A DNA stretch of 63,592 bases, filler included, from Octopus bimaculoides (lineage: Eukaryota), in the NCBI RefSeq assembly GCF_001194135.2. It is 9 parts of 8 records of this genome, joined end to end, with 100 filler letters (N's around TTAATTAATTAA, not from the genome) between each part and the next. Parts side by side here need not be neighbours in the genome. Positions count along the whole stretch, not along the records: positions 8,634 to 22,374 come from NC_068981.1; positions 22,475 to 27,337 come from NC_068984.1; 7 more parts are not named here. One strand, written 5' to 3'. The notes under the pieces are model-generated. The model was not told the DNA's origin and made no database searches. It saw nothing but the letters and a program-made list of their open reading frames with translations. The first letter of the stretch is position 1, and every line of letters begins with the position of its first letter. Position numbers and translations under genes: made by a program. Below are positions 12,037-25,270 of this stretch, piece after piece.

Positions 12037-12307
12037 AAGGGGCTCTCAACCGGGATCCCTATGGCCCTTGGAGGTCCACATCAGATTTTCTTGTTAAAAT
12101 TGGTGCAATAAATTGCTTATACTTTCTACAATACACAAAATATTTTCAATTCTTTTTATTATACAATTCCTAATAGCTACTTCATTATAAGACTTTTAAT
12201 ACAAGAATGTTTTATTATATAGACATTGAATGGCTATGGAGATCCAGTAGAATAAAATAGGGATAAAAGGGGCCCATAGGTTTTAAAAAATGGTTCAGAA
12301 CCACCAG
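12037..12307. mobile_element. Possible hAT-type MITE
   Basis: Imperfect termini AGGGGCTCTCAACC / GGTTCAGAACCACC around an AT-rich core; no 8-bp TSD recognised. Confidence 0.4.
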
Positions 12308-12314
12308 GCAAACG

Positions 12315-12510
12315 TTTTATTACTTTCCTCTATTTGCCAAACCGCAAATGTCACGAGGACGTAAACAAACCAAAACCGGTTGCACAGCGGTGGTGGCAAA
12401 CAGTCACAAGCTCACACACACCCAGAAACGCACAGACACAACATACGTGCACGCTCGCGAGCGCACACGTACATATATGTGACGGGCTTCTTTCAGTTTC
12501 TGTCTTTCAA
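12315..12510 (-). mobile_element. SINE family A-related internal fragment
   Basis: GACGGGCTTCTTTCAGTTTC and CCGC.AA..CACG.GGACGTAAAC match family A in reverse. Confidence 0.6.
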
Positions 12511-12511
12511 A

Positions 12512-12594
<83 letters not shown>

Positions 12595-12899
12595 NNNNNN
12601 NNNNNNNNNNNNNNNNNNNNNNNNNNNNNNNNNNNNNNNNNNNNNNNNNNNNNNNNNNNNNNNNNNNNNNNNNNNNNNNNNNNNNNNNNNNNNNNNNNNN
12701 NNNNNNNNNNNNNNNNNNNNNNNNNNNNNNNNNNNNNNNNNNNNNNNNNNNNNNNNNNNNNNNNNNNNNNNNNNNNNNNNNNNNNNNNNNNNNNNNNNNN
12801 NNNNNNNNNNNNNNNNNNNNNNNNNNNNNNNNNNNNNNNNNNNNNNNNNNNNNNNNNNNNNNNNNNNNNNNNNNNNNNNNNNNNNNNNNNNNNNNNNNN

Positions 12900-12978
<79 letters not shown>

Positions 12979-13113
12979 CACAGCAGTAGATATACATGCA
13001 CATGCATACACACGCATATGTTTGTGCATGTGCATATGTATACGTGTGTGTGTATGTATATATGTTTGTATGTATAAATGTGTATATACATATAAAAATA
13101 TGTCTATGCGTTT

Positions 13114-13170
<57 letters not shown>

Positions 13171-16100
13171 NNNNNNNNNNTGTGTGTGCGTGTGTGTGTG
13201 TAAATTATGTCCAGTTAATATGAAACGACATGGGAATCTCAAACTGCTAGTTAGTGTAGCTAAATTTTCATGAAGCTAGGAGTTGGGTACTACAACAGAA
13301 TACATGAAAAAGGAATGAGATTTTTTGCAACGGTTGAATGAAAATGTCGAAACCTCACTATGTCCTGAGTGTATGTTATTGTGGTTTTAGACTGTCCGTA
13401 GTCTCTGAGTTGCTGCTCTCATATTTTTAGGGTTTATACGATGTGCATTTTATGGTCATGTAAAGCAAAGTTTGTGTTACTTGAGGATGAGTGAGTAAAT
13501 GAGTTATAAGATACTTTCCGAAAGATACTTTATACCGGAAGTAGTATCTACCAGAGTCGATAGAATATGCCTCAAATGAGCCCTGTTGGATAAGCAACAA
13601 AGTTGCTTTCTGTCAACAAGTTTTCGACTTATGTAATGAGAAACTGGTGTAAATCATGGGTGGACAACAGCACTGCGTGTTTCTTATCATCGCACACACA
13701 CTTATATCTTTCAGTAATCTTAAATGCAACAGCATGATTCCACCGAATTTCCCAACAGAGAGACAACATTGATTTGTTACATAGGGACCAAGCCTCTACT
13801 GTAATCCTTGAGACGCTGGAGAGTAGTAAATTTATTGTTGCTGTGTAATCTAAACAGATTTTTTACCAAAATCATTCCAACAAGGTGTCTCTGAAGTCGA
13901 CGTTATCCTTTTTTTTCTTCTTTTCTTTGAAAACAGCAGGATAGGATAGGAGTGAGATTTGACAGCTGTTTCTATCGGGTGAAGCGTTCGTGTAAACACA
14001 AGGTATTGTTTGTTCCCAAGTCATCCTTGATTGAGCTGACATATGAAAGAGGCATTCCAGCCATGACTATCTTCCATATTTTAAAAGCATATCATGCGCG
14101 GAATAAATTATCTAGTGAAACTTTTCTTTTCAAATAACCGGATGTAATTTGAAAGATATTTGAGTACTTTATGTAGCAGTCAGGCAACAGACTAGAAGCC
14201 TAATTGTATGAGGAATGTACTCAGAGAACTCCTTTTAAGTTGTTTTGTTTACGCCCAGATTAGCAATGACAGAGAAAACCCCAGGTAAAAGATGCTTCTC
14301 CAACATTATCTAACGTACCCTATCTTAAAACATAAGAGTATAGTCTGTGGAAAATTTGATTGCCCTTTTTGGCTGCCCTTTCTAGCAGATCCAGTAGCCA
14401 CTAAAAGTCTACTTAGTGGCTTGTACACAAGTAAAAATGATCCACCATCGGTTAGTACACATTTTAAGACGGAAGTGATAATGAAGAACTGTTTCCATCC
14501 TGTTTCAGTAAAGCTATATGGGAACTACAAAATCAGTGCAAATTTATATGGTTGCACACTTTCGTAACAAGCAAGAGATGGGAGATTAACTCCCAGTAAA
14601 TGATTTGGGTTTACGACCTCAAGGAGATACTTACAAATTTACTCTCAATGCCATATTGAAACCATAGGGAGTAATTTGACATTTAGTTTTATTTTATTCT
14701 TTTTGCAGATAGTTAATGTGTCTACGTATCGAAATGTAAAATGCACAATTTGTTAACTGAATGTGACCGCTAGCGGCATAGCTAATTTGGTGAAAAATTT
14801 CCCATGCGGCAAACTAAAAGTCAGATTTTTGTAAATATGTAATATTACACATGTGCATAAATATGTGCGTGTATAGATATATACGCACACATACACAAAC
14901 ATGTATTTCTTTCTATACACAAATACATACATACGTATATGCATGTAATGTTTGTATGTGTGTAAATATATATATATATATATATTACCCACCCACTACG
15001 GAAACGTGCAGAAGTATACCAAAACGATCGTTGTGATAGTTGAAGCTTCCAGTACACGCAGTTTTCCGTATTTAAAATATAGTCAACGTGCACCGAGGAA
15101 TTCCTAAGGATCCAGTGACGAAACCGTATTTACTGCGGATCATGCCTGGCAGCCGTAAGTGGCGAACGTGTTCTGCCGGCACACTACTAGGGACATACCC
15201 AAACTAAGGTTTGAATGCTAAATTTTAAAGTTTCATCTAAACTTTAGTTTCATTTATAACACACACACACACGTATGTGTGTGTGTGAATCTCATTTATA
15301 GTTGGGTTTCACCAACTATTTAGAAAGCTATATACTACTGTATATCAGGAGTGTATAACTTTGTGATTCTAAGTATTACACGTTCATTATTTGTGTAATC
15401 AGTCATTTACTTTGATCTTGATAAAATATTATAATTTGGACAATGAGCTTTTGTTCGTCTCAGAACGAAGAATTATGATTGTGTTAATGCGATGGTGATA
15501 TTTAGAAAAAAACTTGAGAACCAAAAAATATGATTTACTGGGATTATTTTCTGCGCATTAGATATTGTAAATAAACCCTACATACTGTCTTATTGTGTCT
15601 CCTATCATTAATAAAAGAAAAGCTAATATAGTATCATTTAAATTTTAATTCGGATATTTCCTCCTCACATCTACTTGTGATTGAAAACTCAAGTTTGATG
15701 TCTGTACGACCCATGCACTACAACCATAGTCTTTTTTTTTTCTCTCCTTCTAAAACTTAGAGTGATTGATGCACATATGGTAATCATTCGAGTCTAGACA
15801 AACGCATCTGGGTCCAACAACCAAGTTTGTTCAATGGCCAGTAACCTTATCTGTTACAGCTTTCCTATGTGAAATTAGTAAAGAGCTGTCTGGCATAATT
15901 CCAACATAGTTCGTCAGCAAGGCTACTGAACTTCTCAAGACAGTTACCCACTTGTTTATCCTGCTGCTGCTACTATTGATACCACTACTGCTGCTGTTGC
16001 TGCTTCTGACGCTTTTACCACCACTGCTGATACTGATATTATCGTAACTGAAGCAGCAGTTTCTGATTGTTTGTATGCATACACATTGATTATATGTGTG

Positions 16101-16940
16101 TGTATACTTGCATATAAATTATACATTTTATATATCTATACGCAGGGATGGAAAGTTGTGTGCCATCTATTACTTTTTCATCCTGTTTTGTATATTTTCA
16201 TGGGTCAACTATGAAAATTAGAATTGAATGGTTTCTGTTTTTTTTTTATGTGTATTGCTAATAATAATGATGGTGATGATAGCAATAATAATGGGACCCT
16301 GAGGAGATGGAGTACCCTATATTTTATAATATTTCATAATATTTTATGATATGTATTAATCATTCTGGATGTTCTATCGAAATGTACATAGGTCTATTTA
16401 TTTGTTATTATTATTGTTATTGTTGTTGTAATAAAGTATTTTCAACGGATCAATCTTGAGCTCTATTTAAAGTTGATATATATATANNNNNNNNNNNNNN
16501 NNNNNNNNNNNNNNNNNNNNNNNNNNNNNNNNNNNNNNNNNNNNNNNNNNNNNNNNNNNNNNNNNNNNNNNNNNNNNNNNNNNNNNNNNNNNNNNNNNNN
16601 NNNNNNNNNNNNNNNNNNNNNNNNNNNNNNNNNNNNNNNNNNNNNNNNNNNNNNNNNNNNNNNNNNNNNNNNNNNNNNNNNNNNNNNNNNNNNNNNNNNN
16701 NNNNNNNNNNNNNNNNNNNNNNNNNNNNNNNNNNNNNNNNNNNNNNNNNNNNNNNNNNNNNNNNNNNNNNNNNNNNNNNNNNNNNNNNNNNNNNNNNNNN
16801 NNNNNNNNNNNNNNNNNNNNNNNNNNNNNNNNNNNNNNNNNNNNNNNNNNNNNNNNNNNNNNNNNNNNNNNNNNNNNNNNNNNNNNNNNNNNNNNNNNNN
16901 NNNNNNNNNNNNNNNNNNNNNNNNNNNNNNNNNNNNNNNN

Positions 16941-17028
<88 letters not shown>

Positions 17029-17090
17029 TCACTGACTGGAATCGAACTCGGAAACTTGGGGTTAGTAGCCCGCGCTCTTAACCACTAGAC
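16941..17090 (-). mobile_element. Short tRNA-derived head followed by (AAT)n
   Basis: Reverse complement GTCTAGTGGTTAAGAGCGCGGGCTACTAACCCC..GAGTTCGATTCC has A/B-box-like motifs and a GGG/CCC anticodon-like arm, but no acceptor stem. Confidence 0.7.
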
Positions 17091-17369
17091 AAACGCATTG
17101 TGTTAACAACAAACAAGATGAAGACAAATAACCGTCGAATGTAAATAATGTAAATAATGTACATAATTCCTCATCTCTTCAACATAGAACTGAAGAATAT
17201 ATCTGTTTCTATAAATGATGGATACATACACACGCACATACATATATGTACATATGTGCATATATATGTTTATGTAGTATGTATATGTTTATATAGGTGT
17301 AAATATACATGCGTATATGTATATACGTATGCATATATGTATATATGTATGCATATATGTATATATGTA

Positions 17370-17424
<55 letters not shown>

Positions 17425-17452
17425 TATTATGATTGACCGTTGACTGAACACT

Positions 17453-17625
17453 ATTCAATTTTTTTTCTCCGTGTTTTTCTCCTTGTCTCCGTATTCTTTC
17501 TGTTGAAGAGCGTAGCTCAAAACGTCAAAGACTTTCCGTATTCCCGAGTGTCATACTAATATATACTTTTGTTATTTACACCACCTGTCCTCGTCTGTTG
17601 TTATTTTTTGTATATTCTCCCATAT
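17453..17625 (+). mobile_element. Second copy of the ~180-bp hammerhead-like repeat
   Basis: Reverse complement of 10407-10587. The motif at 17495-17531 has G12 changed to A (CTCAAAACGTC), so this copy is probably inactive. Confidence 0.85.
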
Positions 17626-18590
17626 ATATATATATATGTGGGAAGGGTATTATAGGTGTTTTCGTTGTAATTGCTCGTTTAAACATTTCTTTCGGTTTTC
17701 ATTGTCTTGCCTGAAATTAACTCTTTCAATTTCTATGAGTCATGCTAATAATTTTAATCGTGAAATTATTCCGTCTCTTTTCTTTGAGATTTTATTCTTT
17801 CCCCATGTATGTATACTTACACACCCATACGCGTACGCAAACACTTACACTCATACATTCACACATACTCAAATACACACATGCATACACACATTAGTGC
17901 AGAGCCGACAGAGTTGCTTAGTTGCCATGAACCACAGTTCCTCAACATTGTATTAGTAAATCCGGGGTTATCGTCTGCAGACGCTGGATCAAGCAGCTTT
18001 GCAAACTGATGGGACTCATACCACTTAAATTGTATATAAATATCTTAACTACACACGTCTTAATCATCTTATATATTCAACAGATAGAGTATATCAAATT
18101 TCAAATAGAGGGGGTGGAGGGGAGGANNNNNNNNNNNNNNNNNNNNNNNNNNNNNNNNNNNNNNNNNNNNNNNNNNNNNNNNNNNNNNNNNNNNNNNNNN
18201 NNNNNNNNNNNNNNNNNNNNNNNNNNNNNNNNNNNNNNNNNNNNNNNNNNNNNNNNNNNNNNNNNNNNNNNNNNNNNNNNNNNNNNNNNNNNNNNAGGGG
18301 AGGAGGGGAGGAGGAGGAGGACATTGATTATTTTCATGGTTTGGTAATAATAATTTTGGTAAGTTTGAAAGATGATATTACTAACAATAATATAAAAATA
18401 TTTAGCCTAAGTAGCGCGTCATAATACCTAGTGAAAACTAAAACGATCGTAGTGCGAAATCTTAAATAGGTATATGTGAATAAGTGTATTTTTGTGAGTT
18501 TGTGTCTGAGCGTGTACATATGTTCGTTTATAAGTGTAAATGTCTGTGTATGTGTGTGTAGGTATATGTGAGTGTGTGCGAATGCGTGTT

Positions 18591-18712
18591 GGCGCGTGGC
18601 CTAGTTGTTAGGGTGTTGCACTTCCGATCACAGGATCGTGGCTTCGAATCTTAGACAGACGGTACTTTGTTCTCTTGAGTAAAACTCATCATTTCGCGTC
18701 ACTTCACTCTGT
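18591..18712 (+). mobile_element. SINE family D head (partial, diverged)
   Basis: GGCGCGTGGCCTAGTTGTTAGGGTG..GCTTCGAATC..TTGTTCTCTTGAGTAAAAC resembles 24776 and 44168. Confidence 0.6.
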
Positions 18713-18759
18713 TGGATAACCGTGGTTCAGAGTGAATTATAGATGTTTTATCGTTAATA

Positions 18760-19610
18760 TGTTTCATAAAATATTTATCTTTGTTTATGCGGATTTTGTG
18801 AGGTGGTTTTGTGATATCCTAGCGTTTAGTCAAAGAATATGAATAGCTATTCTCCATCAGGACTTTTTTCTTAATTGCATGGTGTTGGTATTTTTACTTT
18901 CTGCATCGCTACATTTACTGCGTATCCTGTGAATCTCGTTTCTAATGCAGGACAGCTTAACTCTAATGGGCAGGGATGAATTATAATGTACATATAGACT
19001 CCTGCATGCCACATTTCTGTAGAAATTAGTGGAGAAAAATCAATCCCCAGTAATTCTGAATTCAAAGGAAGCGGGGTTATTGTGATGTACCTCTTCAAAT
19101 TTTGTGATTCGTCGATGTTGTTGAACATATTTTATATTTTAACAGCCTCCTCCAGAGATGATGTTAATATGAAGATGTCATTCACATATCTGACGAAAAC
19201 AAGCACAACATCTAAGCTAAACCAAGTTAAAGAAGGTAGTTATTTTTTCTAAGTTGGGAAAGCTTGTGATCTCTCAGTTTGTTGGTGACTTCGATAGATC
19301 TTTTGATATGTCCTGAGAAGATTTGAAATAGTAGCATGAGAATATTAGACAAGATCCAAGATATTCTGTATACGGGTTTGTTAATACCTGGGAAAATAGG
19401 GCTAATTTTTAAATTTGGTCCTGGTTCATGTGTTTTTATAAAACGATATTCCTACTGAGAGCCCAATTCTTATAGTAACTATATTGTTAATTTAGCAGAC
19501 AAGCAGTTACGATTTTTTCAGAGGCTGTCGGTGTTATAAATTTGTGAACTGTTTAATCGCATAGCTCAGCGTGAATACGATCTCATAATAGCGTCTCGCA
19601 CATCAAAACG
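18760..19610 (-). pseudogene. Penelope-like element reverse transcriptase remnant
   Basis: Frames give FIKTHEPGPNLKISPIFPG..RISWILSNIL, FSLDVV, FVRYVNDIF (YVDD-like, 19177-19188) and HYNSSLPIRVKLSCIRNEIHRIRSKC, which fit PLE RT and thumb motifs. There is an internal deletion between SLDV and YxDD. Confidence 0.75.
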
Positions 19611-20173
19611 AAAAGTAATCACTGCGTTTACTTCATTTTCAACTGTGAAAATATATGTGCCTGCAGAGAGACATTCATGTTTCCACTTAATTTATCAGAG
19701 GAAATGACATGCATAAATTCACACACACTCACATACTTACACGCGCGCGCATGCACACAAATTATACACACGCACATCATTTTGTCCACGTTTTTATTTT
19801 TTGCAACGTCCTGTACCCAGATATGCATCTATATATACATGTAGATGTAGGTATGTACATACATGTACGTATATATGCATATACTCACTTATTATTTGTA
19901 TTATATATATATATATTTATATATATATATATATATATTTATACCGAGTATTTATTTCTGGATGTTTATGCATCAGCTCTCTAAATGGCTGAATGTAAAT
20001 ATACATATACAAGTATACAATACATGCGCACATACATATACATTCATAACTGTGATTTCATGCATTCATGCGTGTCTGGTTTCGATTTCACTGCATAGCA
20101 TCTCTGGGCAAAATTTTTCACTTTCGCGTCAGGTATTTGCATGCATGCTGAGAAGGGTGTTGACAGTCTATAG

Positions 20174-20268
20174 TCGCAATGTGAAGTTACTGCGTTCACA
20201 AATAGAGTCGGGCTAACTTTACTCCAACACTGTGTGAACGGTTCCGATGTTTGCGGAAAACTTAACCA
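20174..20268 (+). CDS. Candidate small Cys-containing exon (SQCEVTAFTNRVGLTLLQHCVNGSDVCGKLN)
   Basis: TCTATAG acceptor, CA|GTAAGC donor and an open frame in unique sequence; no homology recognised. Confidence 0.25.
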
Positions 20269-20344
20269 GTAAGCAACTCAGTAACTCAGTTGAAACTACT
20301 GCAAAAGCAACCGAAGATACTGATCATGTTTGATGTTTTAATAT

Positions 20345-20550
20345 CTAGCAGAAACGTTAGTACACCGGGCGAAATGCTTAACGGTACTTCGTCTGTCTTT
20401 ATGTTCTGAGTTCAAATTCCGCCGAGGTCGACTTTGCTTTTTATCTTTTCGGGGTCGATAAATTAAGTACCAGTTGCGTACTGGGGTCGATCTAATCGAC
20501 TGGCCCCCTCCCCCCAAATTTCGGGCCTTGTGCCTAGAGTAGAAAAGAAT
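20345..20550 (+). mobile_element. SINE family C
   Basis: Close to consensus; tail GCCTAGAGTAGAAAAGAAT. Confidence 0.9.
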
Positions 20551-20571
20551 ATACATTTGCCTGTTTGTGTG

Positions 20572-20616
<45 letters not shown>

Positions 20617-20714
20617 ATGTATGTATGTATGTATGTATAACGAGACAGACAGACAGACAGATAGATAAATAAATATACACGCACACCTCTGTAGCCTTGT
20701 GATAGGAGACACAA

Positions 20715-20867
20715 AGGCGGCTGTTTCGTAAGAGGTTTGCATTCCACTGACATGGATTCGAGTTCATTCCCTACTCGTGGCAACTTGTCTTCTACAATAT
20801 TTTGGCCCGACCAAAGCATTGTTAGTGGAATTGATAGACAGAAACTGAAAGAAATGCGACGTGTGTG

Positions 20868-20918
<51 letters not shown>

Positions 20919-21108
20919 TGAATGTGTGTATATATTTTTGTGTGTTTATCACCCCAACATCTCTTGACAACCGATGCTAGTGTGTTTACGTCCCCGTAAT
21001 TTAGCGGTTCGGCAATAGAAAAGTCCTAGGGTCGATTTGCTCGACTAAAGGCGGCGCTCCAGCATGGCCGCAGTCAAATGACTGAAACAAGTAAAAGAAT
21101 AAAAGAAT
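20715..21108 (+). mobile_element. SINE family A (diverged head, internal deletion)
   Basis: GGCCCGACCAAAGC..GAAACTGAAAGAA..CAAATGACTGAAACAAGTAAAAGAAT. Confidence 0.85.
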
Positions 21109-21271
21109 ATTATATACTATATACACATTATTTTTGACACACACACACATACACGCACATGCATATGTATACGGAGCAAGTTTATGTTATTTTTCTATAT
21201 ATATCTCTATCTAGTTAGCTGTCAATGTATCTAATAATGTATGTGCGTATGTCTGTCTGTCCGTCTGTCTG

Positions 21272-21302
<31 letters not shown>

Positions 21303-21517
21303 TTATGTATGTATACTTTTCTCACTAAATACATACATGAGAGAGAGAGAGAGATGGAGCAAGAGCTAGAGAGAGAGAGAAAAAAAAGAAAGAGATAGAC
21401 AGAGCGAGACAGACAGACAAAGACTAACATAGACAAACAGAGAAAGAGAATTCGATTTCTTTCAATAAAAACCTTATATTCGGAGCGTGAAATGCCTAAT
21501 GCATGTGTAAATGCTCG

Positions 21518-21575
<58 letters not shown>

Positions 21576-22196
21576 CAAACTTATGAACCTAGGAAATCAG
21601 AGAAACAAATAAATGTATTTGCAGACACCTCACGCACGCATGTACACATACACATATGTACGCATCTACACGTACACAAACATATTAAAAACGCGTGTGC
21701 ATCAACAGAAAGAAAAAACACGTGCACAAACCGAGAAACCCACACACTATATATGTGTGTATATGCGTGCGAGTGAATGGGGTTTGAGCGCACGACCACG
21801 TACGTGATTGCATGTAAACAACAGAAAACCATTTTAGTTTCTTTTTATCTTTAATGTAAGCTTTAATACCATCGCACTTACACACGCATTCACATACACA
21901 CACACGCACGCACACACACACACAAACACACACATACAAACACACACGCGCGCGCAAACGCACACACAGACATATAGATATACTTTATTCGTTTGTAGGT
22001 ACAAGTGCGTGAAGTCTGTGTTTCCATGTGCCAAGGCACATGTCTGTCTGTGAGTGTGCATTAATGTAAACATAGACGAACCAAGACATATCATAGTTAC
22101 GAGGTATCAGGCGCACGTGCACATAGGGGCATACTACAAGTATATACATATATACACACATACGCGCACGCACTCACATGCACACACGCACGCATG

Positions 22197-22234
<38 letters not shown>

Positions 22235-22237
22235 TAT

Positions 22238-22374
22238 AAGCGTGACTGTATTGTAAGAATTTGTTTCCAAACCAAAGGGGTCCGGGTTCAGTCCCATTGT
22301 GCAGAATCTTGTGCAAGTGCCTTCTACTATAGCCTCGGACCGACCAAAGCCTTGTGAGTGGATTTGACTGACAG
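22238..22374 (+). mobile_element. SINE family A 5' part (runs into gap)
   Basis: CCGGGTTCAGTCCC..CTTCTACTATAGCCTCGG.CCGACCAAAGCC. Confidence 0.85.
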
Positions 22375-24775
22375 NNNNNNNNNNNNNNNNNNNNNNNNNN
22401 NNNNNNNNNNNNNNNNNNTTAATTAATTAANNNNNNNNNNNNNNNNNNNNNNNNNNNNNNNNNNNNNNNNNNNNATGGTTGGCAGGACTAAGCATATTAT
22501 TATCATCCTCATAATTTCTATTGAGTGTGTGTGTTTATGTGTGTCTGTATGTGTGTTTCCGTTTGCGCGTGTGTGTATATTTTTTGTGCGTGCGTGTATG
22601 TGTATATTGTGTATGTCTTCGTGCGTGCGTGTGTGTTATGTATGTGAGTGAGTATTGTGTATGTGAGAGGTGTGTGTGCGTGTGTGCATGTGTGTATATG
22701 TGTATGTGTGCATGTGTGTATGTTGTGTATGTGTGTTGTGTATGTGTGTGTGTGTGGTTTTATGTATGTGTGTGTTTATGTGTGTGCGTGCGTATGTGTA
22801 CCAGGTATGTGTGTCATTTTGTGTGTATATCAAAATACCCTGAACGAAAATATCGTTAAGTGAGCTACAGTTGCAGAACGATGCTGCAGTTTCCAGAGCT
22901 AGCATAACTAGAAGAAACCGTTCCAGTAAGAGTACGCATACGCAAACTTTTGTACTTCCACAGCCCTAATACTTGTCTTCTCAGTAGTACGTGTTTTTCT
23001 TAAACATTCTTATATAAAGCTAAGGTCTCTCTTGTAGATGACAGTGAAACAAAATGCTTTATAAGACTCACTGTAAATCCTTTGAAAGTTTCTCCCCCAA
23101 ATCAGCATAAGTCTTTACTAATTTATTATTTAAATGTATCTGGAATTTAAAGGACAGTAATCTATAAGATGCATTGGTGAACAGGTAGACCCTATATGAA
23201 ATCATCCGGGTGGTGCGACATTGTATTGTAAAGATTTGAACAAAAGATCTGAATTTTTAAATCCTTGCAGAGGCGGCCATCCCTTATTTATGGAGGAATT
23301 TCTAACCACAAACAACCTAACAAATTACAGTTCTTCTATATTGGATTTGCCGTGTCCAGAAGAATAGTCCAAAATTTCGAAAACACATATGTTCATCAAC
23401 ATTAAGATTGCATATGCACTAGTAGCTTTCCGTCGTCACATATATTCTTTGTTTTGTACACAACAATGAAGACTTGAACATATCACACATGTACATAGCT
23501 CATGATAATGAATAGATGTTAACATGATCTATTTTCATCGTTCTTTTCGGTAAACAATCAAATCACAGTGTTTTGTCAACCGTTAACGTTTCGACGCGTC
23601 TTCAAATATTTTTGCTTACGTATTTTCATGCTGGTACGTTTCTTCAATTACTTGAAGATGAACAAATTACCACAACCATCATCATTACTTCCCTCCACCA
23701 GTATCACTACTACCACCATTACCTTCACCACCATCATCATCATTATTACCACTACCACCGCTAACAACAATGAACTAACCACAGAACCTCTATGTGGTTG
23801 TTCGGTCTGTTAGAAATAGCCGCCAAATGCCCACTGTTTACAACGATAAAGGACTTTTATGGCACATTCATAGACATTCTCAAAACACAGATGTCACAGT
23901 TGTAATACTTTTTATTATAGGTCTGTTCATTCAGGCTTGACCTGGTGCTAAACAACAAAAGCAATAATACGTGACCGCTCGATCTGCTAGAGAAAGTAGC
24001 CCTATCTCCTTTAAATCACATACCTGTGTCTTGAAAAGAGGAGATTGGATAAGGTAGTTATGTACATGCAGTTGATAGGATTATCATGGTTTGAACGCCA
24101 TTGATCTTGGTTCACTCAGTGAATATCACCACCACCAGCACCACCAGCACCACCAGCACCACCAGCACCAACAACAATACTGCTGCTACCAGTCTTTCAC
24201 CATTTAGTCGAGGATGCAGCTGTGCTGTTGAGGCTGTTGTTGATGTGGTTGCTTTGATGCTTGGTAATAGTTCTGTTGCTGCGATCAAGGTGTAGGTTGC
24301 AGTGAGTAGCAGTTGTAGTGGTGATACTCTGTGTATGTGTGTGTGTGTGTATATATGTATAAGTGTGTATGTGTGTGTGTGTGTGAGTGTGCGCGTGCGT
24401 GTTTGTGTGTAATGCTGATGTGGCTGTAATATTAATGATTGCAACAGAATTATTGTAGTCATGCTTATATGCTTATATTGTAATCGTGAAAGTAGTGTTA
24501 GCGGTGTAGTTGTGTTGTCATGTTTATGTTGTAGTAGTGCTAATGGTATTGCTGTGATAGTTGTATTAGTGGTTGTAATAGTGATATAATCATATTTATG
24601 TTGTAGTGGTGGTATTTATTAGGTTGATGCAAAGTGTTTGTGGGATGTCGTAGTAGCAATTGCGATGAAAACTTGTTCATTTTATTGTATTTCTTGTCTT
24701 TGCTGCTGTTGTTTGCCTTGTCTATAACATTACTGTCATTAATATAATTATTAGTTTGTTGTCATTGCTATTATT

Positions 24776-25030
24776 GTGGAGGCACATGGCTTAATGATTA
24801 CAGTGTTGGACTCATGATCGTAAGATTGTAGTTTCGAACCCTGGACCGGGCGACGCGTTGTGTTCTTCAGCAAAACATTTCATTTCACATTGCTCCAGTC
24901 CACTCAGCTGGAAAAAATGAGTAATCCTGCAACGGACTGGCATCCCGCCCAGGTGGGGAATATAGGCACCGAGGAAACCGGGAAATCATCCTTATAAGTT
25001 TATATGACTCGGAGAGGATCTTTATCTTTT
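24776..25030 (+). mobile_element. tRNA-derived SINE, family D
   Basis: GTGGAGGCACATGGCTTAATG..GTTTCGAACCC head; CORE-like TTGTGTTCTTCAGCAAAAC..TTGCTCCAGTCCACTCAGCTG. Confidence 0.75.
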
Positions 25031-25057
25031 ATTATTATTGTTGTTGTTGTTGTAGTT

Positions 25058-25270
25058 AAGACGGCGAGCTGGCAGAATCGTTAGCACGCCGGACAAAATG
25101 CTCTACGGCATTTCGGCCATCTTTACGTTCTTAGTTCAAATTTCGCCGAAGTCGACTTTGCCTTTCATCTTTACGGAGTCAATAAAATAAGTACAAGTTG
25201 AGCACTGGGATCGATGCAATCGACTTACTTTCTCCCCACAAATTGCTGGCCTTGTGCCAAAGTTTGAAAT
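25058..25270 (+). mobile_element. SINE family C
   Basis: Full-length family C match. Confidence 0.9.

Noticed and set aside
22860-22930. Possible micro-exon near 22880-22928 and a minus-strand SFCNCSSL motif
   Set aside because: Weak acceptor and no homology; indistinguishable from chance.
23583-23650. Minus-strand UUUGAA-GACGCGUC-GAAACGUU and a neighbouring CUUCAA/UUGAAG hairpin with AAACGU
   Set aside because: Hammerhead-like flavour, but the core is broken and no stem I forms.
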